A stretch of 63,999 bases of DNA, the filler included, from Catajapyx aquilonaris (taxonomy: Eukaryota), in the NCBI GenBank assembly GCA_000934665.2. It is 4 parts of 4 records of this genome, joined end to end, with 100 filler letters (N's around TTAATTAATTAA, not from the genome) between each part and the next. Parts side by side here need not be neighbours in the genome. Positions count along the whole stretch, not along the records: positions 48,466 to 63,999 come from JYFJ02007465.1; 3 more parts are not named here. One strand, written 5' to 3'. Made by a program: the position numbers and the translations under genes. The notes beneath the pieces were generated by a model. It was given only the letters and a program-made list of their open reading frames with translations, was not told the origin of the DNA and searched no databases. How positions within the stretch are numbered: position 1 is the first letter of the stretch; each line of letters opens with the position of its first letter. Positions 61,111 to 63,999 of the stretch are shown here, in pieces.

Positions 61111-63999
61111 TATAGTTTCTATTAAATAAACAGCATTATTTTATGAAAGCAGTGTTCATTTCATTTGGGACTACCATATTACCATGTCTGTGACAAACTG
61201 CAGTTGTCTCAGCCAGGCTTCATGTTCAGGAAGATTATTAAATAATGAAATATTTCAAGTATTGCAGGATTGCATAACCTTGACGACGTCAAAACGAACC
61301 CGCTTAAGCATCTCATTTCAGACTTCTCCAACTCTTATTAAGGCAGGTATAATCCGAGTCAATAAGCATTAAAAGCACTCCTAGGAAAAACGTGCTCTAA
61401 TTATCGGAGTGGGTATTTATTAGGAAAATAAGGCCACGCTAATTGAGACTACGGCATAGAAAGGATCAGCTATCGTGGTCTCATTATAACAGGGAACTGC
61501 AAAGAACTGCAAATTATACTTTCTGGTGTAGTAATTTAGGTTTTAAAATGTATTAATTGCTACTGTATTGCCACCTGATTAATCGAACGGCAGTAATAAT
61601 CAAATAAAATAAAATAATGGCCGTACAATAATCATTATCGGATACTAACGACCAAAGCATTGGTTTCATGCAGATGTACGACAGGCGGGCCAAATTTGCA
61701 TGCGGATTTTCCTGTAACTGAGAGGGTACAATGACTGATCTGGATTGACTCAGTGGGTACAATGCGTGTGCTTCTTTCATATTCAGTTCGCGTACTTGCA
61801 TGTTGCGTGATATCCTAGATGGAAAATGGAGTTCACACGTCTATGAAAGCATGGACGCATTATTGGGTCCGGCTCTTGCAAACGAGAGTGCAATGTACTG
61901 AAGACGAGCAGAGCAACGTTTGCATTTTTTTTTTGGTGATTTGTTTCGGTTTATTGGGGGGAGGCAATAGAGAATTTCAGGGGATCCGTTATCCGCCACG
62001 GAACGAATCACGAACGCATCGTATAACTCCGCTCCTCCTGCAAGCGTATCGTTTGACACGGAAGTCGGTATAGGAGTGTTTCAGGTGTCAGCTGAGCTAG
62101 TACTCTACCAGCCCTTGTACGCTACCAACCCTTGCTGCCTTGCACTGTTAGTCCTGCACCCACACGCGGCGACGTGCACACCGCCTGATCTAGGTTGAGG
62201 TGGTAGCAGTAAGATGGTTTCCGTCAACGTCATGGAGATCGCATATATATGACGCTATCACCCCACCTGTATCGTGATACGCAACGTATACGTTGCGTAT
62301 CCCGATACAGGTGGGGTGATCCCTATACGTATGGAGTGGGTGGAGCGGGAGGGACCGCCAAACCAATCACCGCTTCGGTTATGCTTCTTCGGGGCCCACG
62401 GAGTATCGTTTCGTAACATACGATAAGGCTCACTGAAACTCTCTATTATGACTATCTGAAGAGTGTGAGTTGGGAAAATCCCGGGAAAACCCACTCGAAA
62501 ACTGAGTAAATATATTGAAATTATTTTCAGATTGGAAAATCGGAGTGTACCACCAGTTTTTTTTTGGCAGTTTTATCGTTGGATTATGGCCGATGTGACT
62601 TTTTCTAGAGCATTTTGTGCATCAAAAAATATGTCTTTCTTAATGATTTTTTTGAGGATATTAATATGCCTAAGATAAAATAGTATTCATTCCAGTCATA
62701 TTTCAGATCGCCATGATGAATTGTAAACAGTTTATAAATTCTGTAGAAAGTAAAATTTATGCTCCTGCCGTGAAGAAAAGAGAATGAAAGCGATGAATTG
62801 GTTATAGGGCCTTCAAGTCGTCCTTCTCATTGGTTGACATGTTTATAAACATTCCTACTAATTGTAGCGATGGACACGCATGAGCCCAAAAAGATTTGGT
62901 GGATTTGAGCCAATTATAAATTATAATTTTATTTGGCCTAAGATTTTTGTGCTTACGTGTGGAACATATTGTTTAAAATTACTCATCAGATAGTGTGTAG
63001 CTGGGGCAGCCATCTTGGATGGATTTCGATTTCCTCGACAGAGAATGCGGAGACACTTCTCATAATACCTGTAACAATTTTCCTGCCATAACCTGTTTGG
63101 TCCAAAAAATTTAAATATCACAAGCTTAATAGTAATGCATATATGCGCAATTTTGAAGACTGTGTATTATTACTTTTTTTTTTGTTTGATATGTCCTACA
63201 TCAGCATTTTGCGCAAGTTTATGTACCTGTGTGTGAACACTTCATTATTTATCTTTCATACATGCATTTGGTTATACAATGGAAAAATCACTTTAGCCTG
63301 GGCACCAATATAAAAGCTTGGTCGAGATTTTAGAGTAGGCTATACAAAACGCTCACAAAATTTTGGCTTATTTTAAATAATTCCTTGAAAATGTTAGTCC
63401 CATTGCAAAGCTTAAATTTATGCACCTTATAACAATCTGATAATATTCCTGTCAAGTACAAGCATGGTAAAGAGTTCTTTCCCAACTTGAGAAAACGCAG
63501 ATTTAGTTTTGGAGACTTTGTTCGGCCGGAATATATTCAAGTTGTGAACTTCAGTACCTGAAAGGGGAGCATACAGTGCATTCCAAGTATTCGGGTCCTC
63601 TTAGTTATGGCAAACTTCGGGCGAAATTTGCTATAACTCAAAGGACGCTGATACTTGGAAAACACTGTACACTAGTTCATTACATATATTATAATCCCAA
63701 ACGAACACACTACCATCATGTGCAACTAGCATTACGGATTCAAAATGAGTTATGCAACACGCCCAACGCAGATACCTGGTCTTGTCTTCAATAAGGTCTG
63801 GGGACGGAAACAGGTGTGTTACTGTAACTCTGGGGACGTTGACCCAATTGTGGGGACATTTTCGGTCCCCACAGCTTGACCCACGAGAATATCACCGTTA
63901 CAGTGGGGACATGTTCCCACTATTTCGTTTTGCCGGGTTTCACAAAAGTCCATTTCTCGCAGCCTAGGTTAGTTAGGGTAGGTTAGGTTAGGTTAGTTT

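Noticed and set aside
63960..63999. Telomere (TTAGG)n
   Set aside because: Only a few imperfect units, in the context of a common interspersed repeat.

Overview
Intron-rich animal genomic DNA, most likely an arthropod (DUF4789 gene, an insect-type tRNA-derived SINE, TTAGG-like motifs). It is four ~16 kb contigs joined by artificial 100-nt spacers (N44-TTAATTAATTAA-N44), so adjacency across the spacers is not biological. Contig 1 (1-16030) holds most of TANGO6 and a 13-exon, 3'-truncated gene whose spliced product matches the sperm Ca2+ channel subunit CatSper-epsilon (CATSPERE) motif by motif. That is unexpected, because CatSper is generally regarded as lost from most arthropods. Contig 2 (16131-32234) holds the 3' half of the Cu-ATPase ATP7, with nested MITE/SINE insertions, and an antisense DUF4789 gene. 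Contig 3 (32335-48365) is a tandem cluster of four GT11 alpha-1,2-fucosyltransferase-like genes plus remnants, interrupted by an astacin + 3xShK protease gene. Two sister GT11 copies independently lengthened their Golgi stem: one by an in-frame 151-bp hAT-type MITE with an 8-bp TSD (+53 aa), the other by an 18-nt minisatellite. Contig 4 (48466-63999) looks non-coding, with MITEs, SINEs and palindromes. All homology calls come from remembered motifs, not database searches.
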